A DNA stretch of 64,000 nt from an uncultured Thiomicrospira sp. GTDB lineage: Bacteria; Pseudomonadota; Gammaproteobacteria; CAKMZV01. Each line of letters opens with the position of its first letter. The stretch's first letter is position 1. The notes beneath the pieces were generated by a model. It worked only from the letters and a program-made list of their open reading frames with translations, made no database searches and had not been told where the DNA came from. The stretch covers positions 1 through 64,000 of the forward strand of contig OZ239628.1 in NCBI GenBank assembly GCA_965195345.1, given 5' to 3'. This document shows positions 1 through 10,586 of the stretch, piece after piece. Both the position numbers and the translations under genes were made by a program.

Positions 1-36
1 TGCAACACCAAGAACTTCATAAAAATCTTTTTCCAT
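1..36 (-). CDS. dnaJ: Chaperone DnaJ, N-terminal fragment (runs off the window edge)
   Basis: The reverse strand from 36 reads MEKDFYEVLGVA, a J-domain start. It has an AGAGAG RBS and lies downstream of dnaK. Not in the ORF track. Confidence 0.92.
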   Translation of the reverse strand, partial: MEKDFYEVLGVA

Positions 37-48
37 AAATGACTCTCT

Positions 49-89
49 AAAACAAAAGCGGATTGCTGGTTTTAACCATGCAATCCGCT
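49..89 (-). terminator. Intrinsic terminator-like hairpin between dnaK and dnaJ
   Basis: AGCGGATTGC (57-66) pairs with GCAATCCGCT (80-89), with an inner TGGTT/AACCA stem. It is followed by TTTTGTTTT on the minus strand. Confidence 0.75.
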
Positions 90-111
90 ATCTTATTGGT
101 AAGGTAGCCGA

Positions 112-2019
112 TTATTTGCTATCTTCTTCGCCTTCAACTTCTTCATACTCCGCTTCAACAACGTCTTCTGCATCTTTCGTTTCATTTTCTGCTGTTTCAG
201 AAGGTTGCTCTGGCTTTGCTTTCCCAGCAAGCTCAGTGCTTTTAGTTATCAATGCCTGAGTTTTTGCTTCGATGTCCGTCTTATCATCCGTTTTCACAGC
301 CTGTTCAACGGAGGAAACAGCTTCTTGCAAACCATTCTTCTCTTCGTCAGATAAATTATCACCTACCTCACTCAACAAACCATTTGCAGTATATATCGCA
401 GACTCGGCAGCATTGCGCACACTTACTAATTCTTGGAACAGGCGATCTTCTTCAGCATGCAACTCAGCATCATTAATCATCTGCTCAATCTCAGCTTCAT
501 CCAATCCTGAAGATGCTTTTATGGTAATGGATTGTTCTTTACCCGTATCTTTATCTTTGGCTGAAACATGCAGTATACCATCAGCATCAATATCAAATGA
601 CACTTCAACTTGTGGTGTTCCTCTTGCAGCTGGGCGAATACCCTCCAAATTAAATTGACCAAGCGACTTATTGCCACTTGCTTGCTCACGCTCACCTTGT
701 AAAACATGCACTGTTACAGCTGTTTGATTATCTGCCGCCGTTGAAAAAACTTGCTTGGCATTGGTGGGAATCGTTGTGTTTTTCTCAATCAATTTGGTCA
801 TAACACCACCCATTGTTTCAATCCCTAAGGACAGTGGTGTAACATCCAGTAATAATACGTCATTAACATCGCCACCAAGTACCGCTCCTTGTATCGATGC
901 GCCCATCGCGACAGCCTCATCTGGATTAACATCTCGGCGTGGTGCTTTTCCGAAAAACTTTTCCACTTCCTTTTGAACCATAGGTGTACGCGTAGAACCT
1001 CCTATCAAAATAACTTCGCTCACTTCATTGGCGCGCAACCCAGCATCTTTGAGTGCTTGTTCGCAAGGTCCTATTGTTTTCTTAACTAAGCCCTCAATTA
1101 ATTTTTCATAATTAGCGCGCGTTAAGGTGAGGTTCAAATGTTTTGGTCCATTTTGATCCGCTGTGATGTAGGGCAAATTTATTTCAGTTTGGTCGCGCGT
1201 TGACAATTCGATTTTTGCCTGTTCAGAAGCTTCTTTCAAACGTTGCATTGCAACAGGATCTTTACTCAAATCGACACCTTCTTGTTTTTTGAATGCTTCA
1301 GATAGATGCCTGATTACGCACATATCAAAGTCTTCTCCTCCTAGAAAGGTATCGCCGTTTGTTGATAGTACTTCAAATTGTTTTTCACCATCAATATCAG
1401 CAATTTCAATAACAGAAATATCGAATGTTCCTCCACCAAGATCGTATACAACAATTTTAGCATCGCCTTTGACCTTATCCATACCATAGGCTAATGCCGC
1501 AGCGGTTGGCTCATTGATAATACGCTTCACATCAAGACCAGCAATTCGCCCTGCATCTTTGGTAGCTTGACGTTGAGAATCATTGAAGTATGCAGGCACT
1601 GTTATAACAGCTTCGGTGATCTCTGAACCAATGTAATCTTCCGCCGTTTGCTTCATTTTCTGTAAAATTTTAGCTGAAATCTCAGGTGGCGCCATGCGCT
1701 TATCAGCAACTTTCACCCAAGCATCACCATTTTCAGCTTCCACTATCTCATAAGCGACCATCTCTTTATCTTTAGACACTTCTTTGTCTTTAAAGCGACG
1801 ACCGATCAACCGCTTAATAGCATAAAGCGTATTTTGTGGATTAGTGACCGCTTGACGTTTGGCTGACTCACCAACTAAAACCTCATCATTTTTGAAAGCA
1901 ACAACCGAAGGAGTTGTTCTTTTTCCCTCTGCATTTTCAATGATTTTGTATGTATCACCATCACGGATGGCAACACAGGAGTTCGTTGTTCCTAAATCAA
2001 TTCCTATTACTCTTCCCAT
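112..2019 (-). CDS. dnaK: Molecular chaperone DnaK (Hsp70)
   Basis: [27 protein letters not shown] and DLGGGTFD motifs; 635 aa. Confidence 0.99.
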   Translation of the reverse strand: MGRVIGIDLGTTNSCVAIRDGDTYKIIENAEGKRTTPSVVAFKNDEVLVGESAKRQAVTNPQNTLYAIKRLIGRRFKDKEVSKDKEMVAYEIVEAENGDAWVKVADKRMAPPEISAKILQKMKQTAEDYIGSEITEAVITVPAYFNDSQRQATKDAGRIAGLDVKRIINEPTAAALAYGMDKVKGDAKIVVYDLGGGTFDISVIEIADIDGEKQFEVLSTNGDTFLGGEDFDMCVIRHLSEAFKKQEGVDLSKDPVAMQRLKEASEQAKIELSTRDQTEINLPYITADQNGPKHLNLTLTRANYEKLIEGLVKKTIGPCEQALKDAGLRANEVSEVILIGGSTRTPMVQKEVEKFFGKAPRRDVNPDEAVAMGASIQGAVLGGDVNDVLLLDVTPLSLGIETMGGVMTKLIEKNTTIPTNAKQVFSTAADNQTAVTVHVLQGEREQASGNKSLGQFNLEGIRPAARGTPQVEVSFDIDADGILHVSAKDKDTGKEQSITIKASSGLDEAEIEQMINDAELHAEEDRLFQELVSVRNAAESAIYTANGLLSEVGDNLSDEEKNGLQEAVSSVEQAVKTDDKTDIEAKTQALITKSTELAGKAKPEQPSETAENETKDAEDVVEAEYEEVEGEEDSK

Positions 2020-2073
2020 TTTCTTTACCTCAAATTATCGTGTAATGTATTTATATGAACACTTTTTATAAAA

Positions 2074-2664
2074 TCAAGTGGCAGTGCTAACAACGACCAT
2101 TGCTGGTCTAACAAGCCTGCCGTTCAGTTGAAAACCTCTTTGATAAACTTCAACAATACAATTTGCTTCCATTTCGTCACTTGGTTGCGTTGTCATCGCT
2201 TGATGTTCATCCGCTTTAAACGGTTCTCCTCTACTAGGCATAATTAATTCAACACCAGCATCGTCTAATGCTTTAAGAAAAAGCTTTTCAATCATTGCTA
2301 AACCATCTAAGAGTTTCTCCACATCAGCATTTTGGCTGCTTTGTCTGCCTGTCTCGAAGCTATCGAGAATTGGCAATAAAGCCTTCAACAAGCCTTCATT
2401 CGCATATTTATGAGCATGAACAATATCGCGCTCTGACCGACGACGCAAGTTCTCCATTTCTGCAGCCACACGTAGAACCTTACCCTCTGCTTCCTTTAAT
2501 GCTTCTTGTAAAGATTCAACTTGACGGTTCAATTGAACGAATTCATCAGCATTTTCTTTTTCAAATGAAACAGCCGAGTTCGCTGCGTCTTGATGCTCCT
2601 CCTGCTCAATGCTTTGCTTTTCCCTCTCAACCGTTTCTTGCTTTTCGTTATCTTGTTTATTCAT
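2074..2664 (-). CDS. grpE: Nucleotide exchange factor GrpE
   Basis: AEMENLRRR and GFQLNGRLVRPAMVVV motifs. Start moved to ATG 2664 (MNKQ) because the upstream extension contains the promoter. Confidence 0.97.
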   Translation of the reverse strand: MNKQDNEKQETVEREKQSIEQEEHQDAANSAVSFEKENADEFVQLNRQVESLQEALKEAEGKVLRVAAEMENLRRRSERDIVHAHKYANEGLLKALLPILDSFETGRQSSQNADVEKLLDGLAMIEKLFLKALDDAGVELIMPSRGEPFKADEHQAMTTQPSDEMEANCIVEVYQRGFQLNGRLVRPAMVVVSTAT

Positions 2665-2711
2665 GCGTATATCGATCTGGTTATATGAAATGTTTTGTTT
2701 AATTTCTACGT

Positions 2712-2739
2712 ATATAGGGACGAGCATAAAAAAATCAAC
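2712..2739 (-). promoter_or_regulatory. Sigma-32-like heat-shock promoter for grpE-dnaK-dnaJ
   Basis: Minus strand GTTGAT-N14-CCCTATAT resembles the consensus CTTGAA-N13-17-CCCCATNT. Confidence 0.6.
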
Positions 2740-2842
2740 CAAAAACCGTATTTTATTTGTACTATTCAAGGCGAAAATTTCAGACTCATACTGGGGTTTG
2801 AGTTTATATTCATTTCTTTACTTAAGGTACAATTAATAAATC

Positions 2843-3964
2843 GTGTCTTTAAGTATCATCATCCCCACCTATAAAGAGGCCAACAATCTACACGCTATCA
2901 CTCAATCCATCAGTGATGCTCTAGCTTGTGTTGATTTTCCTTGGGAAATATTATTTATGGATGATAATTCAGAAGATGGAAGCATTGAAATAGCTGCTGA
3001 TTTGTTGCACCACTTTCCAGTACGTTTGATTACACGCACCCAAGATAAAGGCTTGTCGCAATCTGTTATTCATGGTTTCTCTGAAGCCGCGTATAAACAT
3101 TTAATCGTCATGGATGCAGATTTGTCTCATCCCGCCACTGCCATCCCTCAACTTTATGAAAAACTCGCTAATGGTGAGGCCAACTTTGTCATTGGTTCAC
3201 GTTATGTAGATGGGGGCGCCTTGGATTCAAACTGGGGGTGGTTTCGCCGATTAAATTCTTATGTGGCTACTTGGTTAGCCTTGCCTTTGGTTAAAGTTTC
3301 GGACCCTATGTCAGGATTTTTTGGCATCAGCAAATCCTCACTTCCTGAACTGCACAGACTCTCCCCAATTGGATATAAAATTGGGCTTGAAGTACTCGTT
3401 AAAGGTGAATACAAAAATATATACGAACACCCTATACACTTTCAAGACCGACAATTTGGTGAAAGCAAAATGACGTTTAATGAGCAACTACGCTATTTAA
3501 GACACTTACGGCGTCTTTATCAATATCGATTTACTACTTGGGCAGAGCTTTTTCAGTTTGCGCTTGTAGGTGCTTCAGGTTTTGTCATTGATTTGAGTTT
3601 TTACTTATTGCTTCAAGTGCTTTTTTCTATTCCTCATCAGGTAGCGCGAGCCATCTCATTTTGGCCAGCTGCAACGTGGAATTGGTTTCTCAACAGAACC
3701 ATAACATTTAGTCATCGAAATAAACGACCTCCTTTGCTTCAATGGGCGGAATTCTGCACAAGCAGCCTTCTTGGGTTCACCATCAATGTAGGCAGCTACC
3801 AAGTACTTACGTCTTACGTACCCTTCTTTACAAAATATCCAGTAATCACACTAATTACTGGCGTTCTGTGTGGAATGGGTTTCAATTTTTTATTTTCAAA
3901 TGTATTTGTTTTCAAACAATTGCGTGATGAAGAACCAGGGAAAAATGGATACACAAAATTTTAG
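2843..3964 (+). CDS. GT2 polyprenol-phosphate glycosyltransferase (DPM1-like) fused to a GtrA-like membrane domain
   Basis: IIIPTYKE, MDDNSEDGS, VMDADLSH and DPMSGFF motifs. The C-terminal four-TM GtrA pattern is QFALVGASGFVID...NWFLNRTITF. Confidence 0.88.
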   Translation: MSLSIIIPTYKEANNLHAITQSISDALACVDFPWEILFMDDNSEDGSIEIAADLLHHFPVRLITRTQDKGLSQSVIHGFSEAAYKHLIVMDADLSHPATAIPQLYEKLANGEANFVIGSRYVDGGALDSNWGWFRRLNSYVATWLALPLVKVSDPMSGFFGISKSSLPELHRLSPIGYKIGLEVLVKGEYKNIYEHPIHFQDRQFGESKMTFNEQLRYLRHLRRLYQYRFTTWAELFQFALVGASGFVIDLSFYLLLQVLFSIPHQVARAISFWPAATWNWFLNRTITFSHRNKRPPLLQWAEFCTSSLLGFTINVGSYQVLTSYVPFFTKYPVITLITGVLCGMGFNFLFSNVFVFKQLRDEEPGKNGYTKF

Positions 3965-4352
3965 TAATATTAGTCGCCGAATCGCTGCAATGTTTTACGA
4001 TAGCATATTGTTGTTTGCAATTCTTATGGCCTGTGCAGTACCTTTCGTTATCCTATTGGACAATACGCTTATCTCCAATACCTTCTATCTATTCCTCTTC
4101 CAAGCATCTATGATGCTTGTATGGGAATCTTATTTCGTATATTGTTGGCGACGAGGTGGTCAAACGCTTGGAATGAAAGCATGGAAAATTAAACTCGTTG
4201 ATGGGGACAATCGACCTTTAGGATTTTTGCAATGCTTAAAAAGATGGATTTTTGCATGGTCATTGTTGCTTATCTTTCCAATATTACTTGCTGCCTATAA
4301 AAAAACAACTTGGTATGACAAAGCGACAAATTCATATATCTGTCGTACTTAG
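3945..4352 (+). CDS. RDD family membrane protein
   Basis: RRIAAMFYD, GQTLGMKAWKIKLV and WYD motifs. Start set at MDTQ (3945). Confidence 0.88.
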   Translation: MDTQNFSNISRRIAAMFYDSILLFAILMACAVPFVILLDNTLISNTFYLFLFQASMMLVWESYFVYCWRRGGQTLGMKAWKIKLVDGDNRPLGFLQCLKRWIFAWSLLLIFPILLAAYKKTTWYDKATNSYICRT

Positions 4353-4401
4353 CTTGTACTAACCGTACCTGTCTTTCGCCATCAAATCATCAAATCTTAT
4401 T

Positions 4402-5226
4402 TTGAAAATCATAATCAACCAATCCAAACCTTTAAGTCACTTACAACTCGAAGCAATTAAACCTTGGGCAATATCCATCGAAAACAAAGGGCAATATTGG
4501 GTGTTGCAATCAAATCAAATGCCTCCGCTATCCTCATGGCGAGAGCAGTGGTTAGTTGACTGCCATTGTTTGCCAAAAAATTGGGTAGGAGGTGATATTC
4601 GGTTAGTTGTTTGTGATATGGATTCAACATTCACTAATATCGAGTGCATCGATGAAATGGCGCGCAGTTTGGGGTGCTATGATGAAGTGGCAAAAATCAC
4701 TCGGTGTGGAATGCATGGTGAATTAGATTTTTCTTCTTCTTTACGCCAACGCGTTTCAATGATTGCTGGATTAAAACAAGCAGACTTGCAAGCCATTTAT
4801 GACCAGAAATTAAAACTCAACCCTGGAGCAGAAAAATTACTTTGTGATTTGAAATCAAAAAATATTGCATTTGCCCTTGCTTCAGGAGGGTTTGATTACT
4901 TTGCCAATCGTCTAAAGGAAGAATACCATTTTGAATATGCACACGCCAATCGTTTAGAAATTAAGGATGGTCGGTGCACAGGTTCTTTGCTAGGAAAAAT
5001 TATCGATGGCGAAGAAAAAAAGCGATATTTGCTTGAATTATGTGCTAAAAAAGGCATCCAATCTCATCAAGTTATTGCTGTTGGTGATGGCGCAAACGAC
5101 ATTAAAATGATGGAAGTTGCAGGGTTAAGCGTCGCTTGGCATGCCAAGCCTGTAGTAAAAGAAATTGCAACGTGGCAGATAAATTATGGCGATTTAAGCC
5201 AAATCGCTTATGCACTTGACCTCTGA
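4402..5226 (+). CDS. serB: Phosphoserine phosphatase (HAD)
   Basis: DMDST, ECIDE, SGGF and GDGAND motifs. Confidence 0.93.
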   Translation: MKIIINQSKPLSHLQLEAIKPWAISIENKGQYWVLQSNQMPPLSSWREQWLVDCHCLPKNWVGGDIRLVVCDMDSTFTNIECIDEMARSLGCYDEVAKITRCGMHGELDFSSSLRQRVSMIAGLKQADLQAIYDQKLKLNPGAEKLLCDLKSKNIAFALASGGFDYFANRLKEEYHFEYAHANRLEIKDGRCTGSLLGKIIDGEEKKRYLLELCAKKGIQSHQVIAVGDGANDIKMMEVAGLSVAWHAKPVVKEIATWQINYGDLSQIAYALDL

Positions 5227-5289
5227 TTTGCATATCGTTTCTCAAAAGCGCCGATTGCTCTATTCCACCGACTAAGTGCCCCTTCCAAT

Positions 5290-6468
5290 TTAGAAGGTTG
5301 ACATTCCCGTCTGGGATCTTCCTAAAATCAAGGCGTGAACATCCTCTGTCCCTTCATAAGTATTGACAACCTCAAGATTGTTCATATGTCTCATTATTGA
5401 ATATTCATCCGATATGCCATTTGCGCCATGCATATCACGAGCCATTCGCGCAACAGCAAGCGCCTTTCGGCATGAGTTGCGTTTGAGCAATGAAATTAAC
5501 TCAGGGGATATATCGCCTGAGTCCATCAATTCACTAGCGCGCAAACAACCTTGTAGACCAAGATTTATTTCCGTTTGCATCTCTGCCAATTTAAATTGAA
5601 CGAGTTGATTTGCCGCTAAAACTTTACCAAACTGTTTTCTCTCCATTGTGTACGAGCGAGCCGCATGCCAACAAGCTTCAGCTGCTCCTAACGCCCCCCA
5701 AGCAATGCCAAACCTCGCATTATTCAAACAAGAGAACGGTGCCTTAAATCCTTCAGCATTTGCAAGTATTTGATCCTCAGAAACAAATACTTTATCCATA
5801 ACTATCTCCCCAGTTACAGAAGTTCGCAAAGCCAATTTTCCTTTGATTGATGGAGCAGATAACCCCTCCATTCCTTTTTCTAAGATGAATCCTCTAACAG
5901 TATCTTGATCGTCTTTTGCCCAAACAATAAATATATCGGCAATGGGACTATTTGAAATCCACATTTTTGTGCCTTTTAGCACCCACCCACCTATGACTTT
6001 TTCAGCTTTTGTCCTCATAGATGCAGGATCAGAGCCCGCATCAGGCTCTGTCAAACCAAAGCAACCAATTTTTCGACCACTTGCTAAATCTGGTAAGTAC
6101 TTATCCTTCTGCTGTGTACTACCAAATACATAAATTGGAAACATCACTAATGAAGATTGGACGCTCAACATCGAACGATAGCCAGAATCAACGCGCTCTA
6201 TTTCTCGTGCTATAAGTCCGTAGGACACATAATCAACACCAGGGCATCCATACCCTTGTAAAGTAGAACCCAGCAAACCAAGCTCTCCCATTTCCTGAAA
6301 AATTTTTTTATCAGTATATTCTTCCCTATACGCTTGTACTACCCTTGGTTGTAGACTTTCTTCGGCATACTGCTTGGCACTGTCACGCACCATGCGATGC
6401 TCTTCGCTAAGCTGCTCTTCCAGTAAAAAAGGGTCTCTCCAATCCATCTTTTTCCAATCATTTCTCAT
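5290..6468 (-). CDS. gcdH: Glutaryl-CoA dehydrogenase (acyl-CoA dehydrogenase family)
   Basis: [34 protein letters not shown] and [16 protein letters not shown] are typical of glutaryl-CoA dehydrogenase. Confidence 0.9.
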   Translation of the reverse strand: MRNDWKKMDWRDPFLLEEQLSEEHRMVRDSAKQYAEESLQPRVVQAYREEYTDKKIFQEMGELGLLGSTLQGYGCPGVDYVSYGLIAREIERVDSGYRSMLSVQSSLVMFPIYVFGSTQQKDKYLPDLASGRKIGCFGLTEPDAGSDPASMRTKAEKVIGGWVLKGTKMWISNSPIADIFIVWAKDDQDTVRGFILEKGMEGLSAPSIKGKLALRTSVTGEIVMDKVFVSEDQILANAEGFKAPFSCLNNARFGIAWGALGAAEACWHAARSYTMERKQFGKVLAANQLVQFKLAEMQTEINLGLQGCLRASELMDSGDISPELISLLKRNSCRKALAVARMARDMHGANGISDEYSIMRHMNNLEVVNTYEGTEDVHALILGRSQTGMSTF

Positions 6469-7699
6469 TGCTCTTTCCTTTAAAACTCAAAATTGTTGCA
6501 ATTTGTTCATCACTATAACCCAACACATCCCTTAAAACTTCTGTTGTGTGCTCCCCTAACAGCGGCGGGGGAAGATTGTACTCAATTGGTGTTTGAGAAA
6601 AACGTATAGGATTTGCAACTTGAGGCAGTTGCTCGTTTAATGAGTGTTTCATCGTGCGCTGCATCTTTCTTGCCTGTACTTGCTTATCGGAAAACACTTG
6701 CTGAATATCATTAACTGGGGCGCTAGGGATGCCATGCCGTGCGAACGCTTCTAACCAATGCTTACTTGAATGTAGTTCCATTATCTCACTAACAATCGGC
6801 ACTAAAATTTGGCGATTTTCAACCCGTAAGCTGTTGCTTATAAACCGCTTATCTGAAGACAATTCTGGACGACCAGTTAACTCACAAAATCTAACAAACT
6901 GTCTATCGTTTCCTATAGCGAGCACAACAAAGCCATCACTAGTGGAAAATGTCTGATATGGAACGATATTTGGATGGGCATTACCAAGACGTTTTGGAAT
7001 CTGTCCGCCTATTAAAAAATTCATTGACTGGTTTGCCAAAGCCGCTATTTGAACATCAAGCAGAGCTAAATCAATGTGCTGTCCTTCACCTGAATTCATC
7101 CTTTCAATCAATGCGCTTTGAATGCCAATCGTTGCATATAAACCAGAAAAAACATCTGCCACCGCAACACCGACTTTTTGCGGACCGCCTCCAAGTTGAC
7201 TGTCCTCCTCTCCTGTTATACTCATCAAACCACCCATCGCTTGGATGATGAAATCATAGCCTGCCATATGGTTCATGGGACCAGACTGACCAAACCCTGT
7301 TATAGAGCAATAAATAATCCGTGGGTTTATCAATTTTAAACTCGAATAGTCCAATTGATATTTTGCCAATCCTCCAACCTTAAAGTTTTCAATGAAAATA
7401 TCGCTCTGAACTGCTAATTCGCGAATAACTATTTGGCCTTGTTCTGTGGTTATATCTACGCAAATTGATTTTTTTCCTCTATTGGCAGATAAAAAATACG
7501 CTGACTCTCCTGTTTCTTCTCCATCGTCATTTCGCATCCATGGTGGTCCCCAATGGCGGGTATCATCACCGACAGAGGGACGTTCAACCTTAATAACTTC
7601 AGCACCCATATCTGCAAGTAGTTGACTAGACCATGGTCCTGCCAACACGCGACTCAAATCGAGAACTCTAATGCCGTGGAGTGGTTTGTTTTTTTTCAT
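6458..7699 (-). CDS. Class III CoA-transferase (CaiB/BaiF), likely succinyl-CoA:glutarate CoA-transferase
   Basis: [34 protein letters not shown] and [10 protein letters not shown] motifs; overlaps gcdH. Confidence 0.88.
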   Translation of the reverse strand: MKKNKPLHGIRVLDLSRVLAGPWSSQLLADMGAEVIKVERPSVGDDTRHWGPPWMRNDDGEETGESAYFLSANRGKKSICVDITTEQGQIVIRELAVQSDIFIENFKVGGLAKYQLDYSSLKLINPRIIYCSITGFGQSGPMNHMAGYDFIIQAMGGLMSITGEEDSQLGGGPQKVGVAVADVFSGLYATIGIQSALIERMNSGEGQHIDLALLDVQIAALANQSMNFLIGGQIPKRLGNAHPNIVPYQTFSTSDGFVVLAIGNDRQFVRFCELTGRPELSSDKRFISNSLRVENRQILVPIVSEIMELHSSKHWLEAFARHGIPSAPVNDIQQVFSDKQVQARKMQRTMKHSLNEQLPQVANPIRFSQTPIEYNLPPPLLGEHTTEVLRDVLGYSDEQIATILSFKGKSNEK

Positions 7700-8663
7700 C
7701 GAAATCCAACAATTGAGAGATTAAGAACCATCTTCTAAACTGGTTTTCTGAAAGACTTTTTATGAATCTTGCTAAAAAAATCATTACTAGTAAGGTTAAG
7801 AATACTCTCCCGAATAAAACGACACTTATATCTGCTCCTATCAATATCATAAGCAAAGTGTCTTCAACAATCGAATGCGTTAATCCCAAAAAAATAAGAG
7901 CACAAATCAAATCGCGCTTTGGTATCTCCCGATCATTAGATTGATTGATTAACAGTCCCCCTCCATAGGCAATGCCTAATGTCATACCAATGATAGTTAT
8001 CGTTATTGTCTTCTCGCCAATACCAATGATACGAAGAATAGGGTGAAGAATTTTAATCATCACTCGTTCAAAATGGGTTATTTTCATAAAATCAATAAGA
8101 GAAACCAAAACCAAGATGATAAGCCATATTTCAAACCAAATATAAGCTTGATACTTTGCCCATTCAAACCACTGTGAAGGTATCCCATTTTTAATTAGTA
8201 TCAAATTGGCTGGCTGCTGAAACCAATCAAACAGAACATAGAGCCAAGCAAAAAAAGCAGAAAAAAACAATCCAAAAACAATGCGAAAAAAAATTGCAGT
8301 GAAGATTCGAAATCCTGCTTTTTGGACAATACGACCTTCAATGACCAAATTATGTGCAACAAGAATAAGCAAAGCCAAGGTGCTTACCTGAGCAACATTC
8401 AGTTGCAAATCATCCCATAAAGAAATCAAAAGAATAATCGCAGGGTAAATTTGCAAAAAAATAGCAGTCGCCCATATCACCCCTGCCTCTCCTGGCAAAT
8501 TGAGCAATCCCATTAATGGGGACAACCAATAACCCACATAGTCTATAAATCCAAAGTTATCCTGTAAGTACTTTATTACAACCAGCAATGGTAAAGATAT
8601 TTTGGCAACTTGCCAAAATACACGAACACTGTTAGAAAGGTTTCTGCTAACAAAGGCAAGCAT
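7668..8663 (-). CDS. Nucleoside-recognition (Gate) domain membrane protein
   Basis: Multi-TM protein with LSPLMGLLNLP, AHNLVIE, GIAYGGGL and HSIVEDT motifs. Confidence 0.72.
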   Translation of the reverse strand: MLAFVSRNLSNSVRVFWQVAKISLPLLVVIKYLQDNFGFIDYVGYWLSPLMGLLNLPGEAGVIWATAIFLQIYPAIILLISLWDDLQLNVAQVSTLALLILVAHNLVIEGRIVQKAGFRIFTAIFFRIVFGLFFSAFFAWLYVLFDWFQQPANLILIKNGIPSQWFEWAKYQAYIWFEIWLIILVLVSLIDFMKITHFERVMIKILHPILRIIGIGEKTITITIIGMTLGIAYGGGLLINQSNDREIPKRDLICALIFLGLTHSIVEDTLLMILIGADISVVLFGRVFLTLLVMIFLARFIKSLSENQFRRWFLISQLLDFDEKKQTTPRH

Positions 8664-9634
8664 CAGTACAATCGATGAATCGAATTATTTGCCAAATCAA
8701 TGAGACTCTGCTTACTACGACTCTCACACAAACAATCTAAAGTAGAAATCGCTTGTTCCACCTTTTTCTTAGCGCAATTGCGCGCTTTGTCTATTGCTTG
8801 ATATTTAGAAAAAATTCTCTGCACTTTATCTAAGTCAGATCTTTCGGGCGCTCCTATTATTTTTATAAGTGTATTCTTGTCAGCTTCATCAGCACTTTGC
8901 AAAGCATAAATCATAGGCAAAGTTACCTTACCTTCAACCAGATCATCACCTAGGGATTTACCTAAATATTTTTCATCACCAGTAAAGTCTAATATGTCAT
9001 CTATAATCTGGAAAACCACTCCCAAATTCCTTCCATATAAGCCCATTTTTTTTTCGACTTCGTTATCAACCTCCGTTAAAAAAACTGCCAAATTAGCCGA
9101 AGTTTCAAAGAGACTCGCTGTTTTTCGATAAATCAGTTCAAAATATTCTTCTTCCGTAATATCTGCATTACCTATGCTCATCAGCTGCATGACTTCCCCT
9201 TCGGATATGCTGTTTGTGGTTTTTGCCAGCAACCCCATAACCTTTAAGTTCCGCACTTCAACCATGAGCTGGAATGATTTGGAATAAAGAAAATCACCGA
9301 CAAGAACACTTGTAGCATTGCCCCATTCAGCATTAGCAGTCGGTTCGCCACGTCTAAGCGAGGATTCATCAACCACATCATCATGCAGGAGCGTTGCTGT
9401 ATGAATTAATTCTATGACAGCAGCCAAAGTAATATGATGAGACCCTTCGTAGTTTAATGCTTTTGCAATCAGTAAACATATTTGTGGGCGCAGTCGCTTT
9501 CCTCCTGAACTGATTATGTACTGCCCAACCTGATTTACAAGCAACACATCTGATTGCAGAGATTGCTTGATTAACGCATCAAGTTTTGCGAAATCAGATT
9601 CTATTGATGGGCATATGGCTTTTTTTAAAGTCAT
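8663..9634 (-). CDS. ispB: Octaprenyl/polyprenyl diphosphate synthase
   Basis: GGKRLRP, LLHDDVVD, RRG and FQIIDDILD motifs. Confidence 0.95.
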   Translation of the reverse strand: MTLKKAICPSIESDFAKLDALIKQSLQSDVLLVNQVGQYIISSGGKRLRPQICLLIAKALNYEGSHHITLAAVIELIHTATLLHDDVVDESSLRRGEPTANAEWGNATSVLVGDFLYSKSFQLMVEVRNLKVMGLLAKTTNSISEGEVMQLMSIGNADITEEEYFELIYRKTASLFETSANLAVFLTEVDNEVEKKMGLYGRNLGVVFQIIDDILDFTGDEKYLGKSLGDDLVEGKVTLPMIYALQSADEADKNTLIKIIGAPERSDLDKVQRIFSKYQAIDKARNCAKKKVEQAISTLDCLCESRSKQSLIDLANNSIHRLY

Positions 9635-10580
9635 GTGGATTGTGTGTCCTATGTTTGTCGCTCAGTTTTTTTGCAAGCCAATCGCTTGCATTTTTTTTGT
9701 CACGACTTAATTGTCTTTTCAGCTCGTCCAATGAGCCAAATTTAATTTCCTGACGCAAATGATGCATGAAATACAAATCAAGTTGTTGATCATATATGTC
9801 TTCATTAAATTCAAAAATATGCGCTTCAATTCTTTGTAAATTACCACCAATGCTGGGTCTATATCCAACATTTGCCATTCCAAAATGCACCGAATTATTA
9901 ATGACGACCTTAACCACGTATGCACCGCATATAGGAGTAGGGTATTCTATTTCAATATTGGCAGTAGGATAACCTAAAGTCCTCCCTATACGGTCTCCTT
10001 CTACAACCGTTCCTTTTAAAAAATAAGGTCTCCCAAGAAGAGTAATTGATTCCTCAAGTTGTCCTTTTTCAAGTAAATTTCGGATAATTGTACTGGACAC
10101 ACGCCGCTCTTCTAATAAGAATATTCCACCTTGATATGCATCAAATTGCATTTCTTTACTGATTTGCTTAATAAGGTCAAAATCACCACACCTGTCCTTT
10201 CCAAAACGAAAGTCATGCCCAACCCATACTTGCTTTGGCAATAGTGCGGGAACAAGCTGATTGATAAAATCAGAAGCCTTCGTTTGTGCTAATACTTCAT
10301 CAAACGGTAATACTACAATTGCATCTATATCTTGAGACTCAATCAGCTGTATTTTTTCAGGCAACCTCGTCAGGCGTTTTGGTGCTTTGGAGCCTAAGAA
10401 AAACTCAATGGGTTGAGGTTCAAATATAACAATAATGGTTGGCTGAGCATGTACCTTGTTTTTTTTCATCTGCTCTATAAAGTTTTGATGTCCACGATGA
10501 ACCCCATCGAAGTTACCAATACTAACGACCCCACTTTGCAGTGTTTTAGGAATATCCTTTAAATTAGAAAATATCTCCAT
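9594..10580 (-). CDS. ribF: Bifunctional riboflavin kinase/FAD synthetase
   Basis: GNFDGVHRGHQ, VSSTIIR and GRTLGYPTAN motifs. Confidence 0.97.
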   Translation of the reverse strand: MEIFSNLKDIPKTLQSGVVSIGNFDGVHRGHQNFIEQMKKNKVHAQPTIIVIFEPQPIEFFLGSKAPKRLTRLPEKIQLIESQDIDAIVVLPFDEVLAQTKASDFINQLVPALLPKQVWVGHDFRFGKDRCGDFDLIKQISKEMQFDAYQGGIFLLEERRVSSTIIRNLLEKGQLEESITLLGRPYFLKGTVVEGDRIGRTLGYPTANIEIEYPTPICGAYVVKVVINNSVHFGMANVGYRPSIGGNLQRIEAHIFEFNEDIYDQQLDLYFMHHLRQEIKFGSLDELKRQLSRDKKNASDWLAKKLSDKHRTHNPHDFKKSHMPINRI

Positions 10581-10586
10581 ATCACT

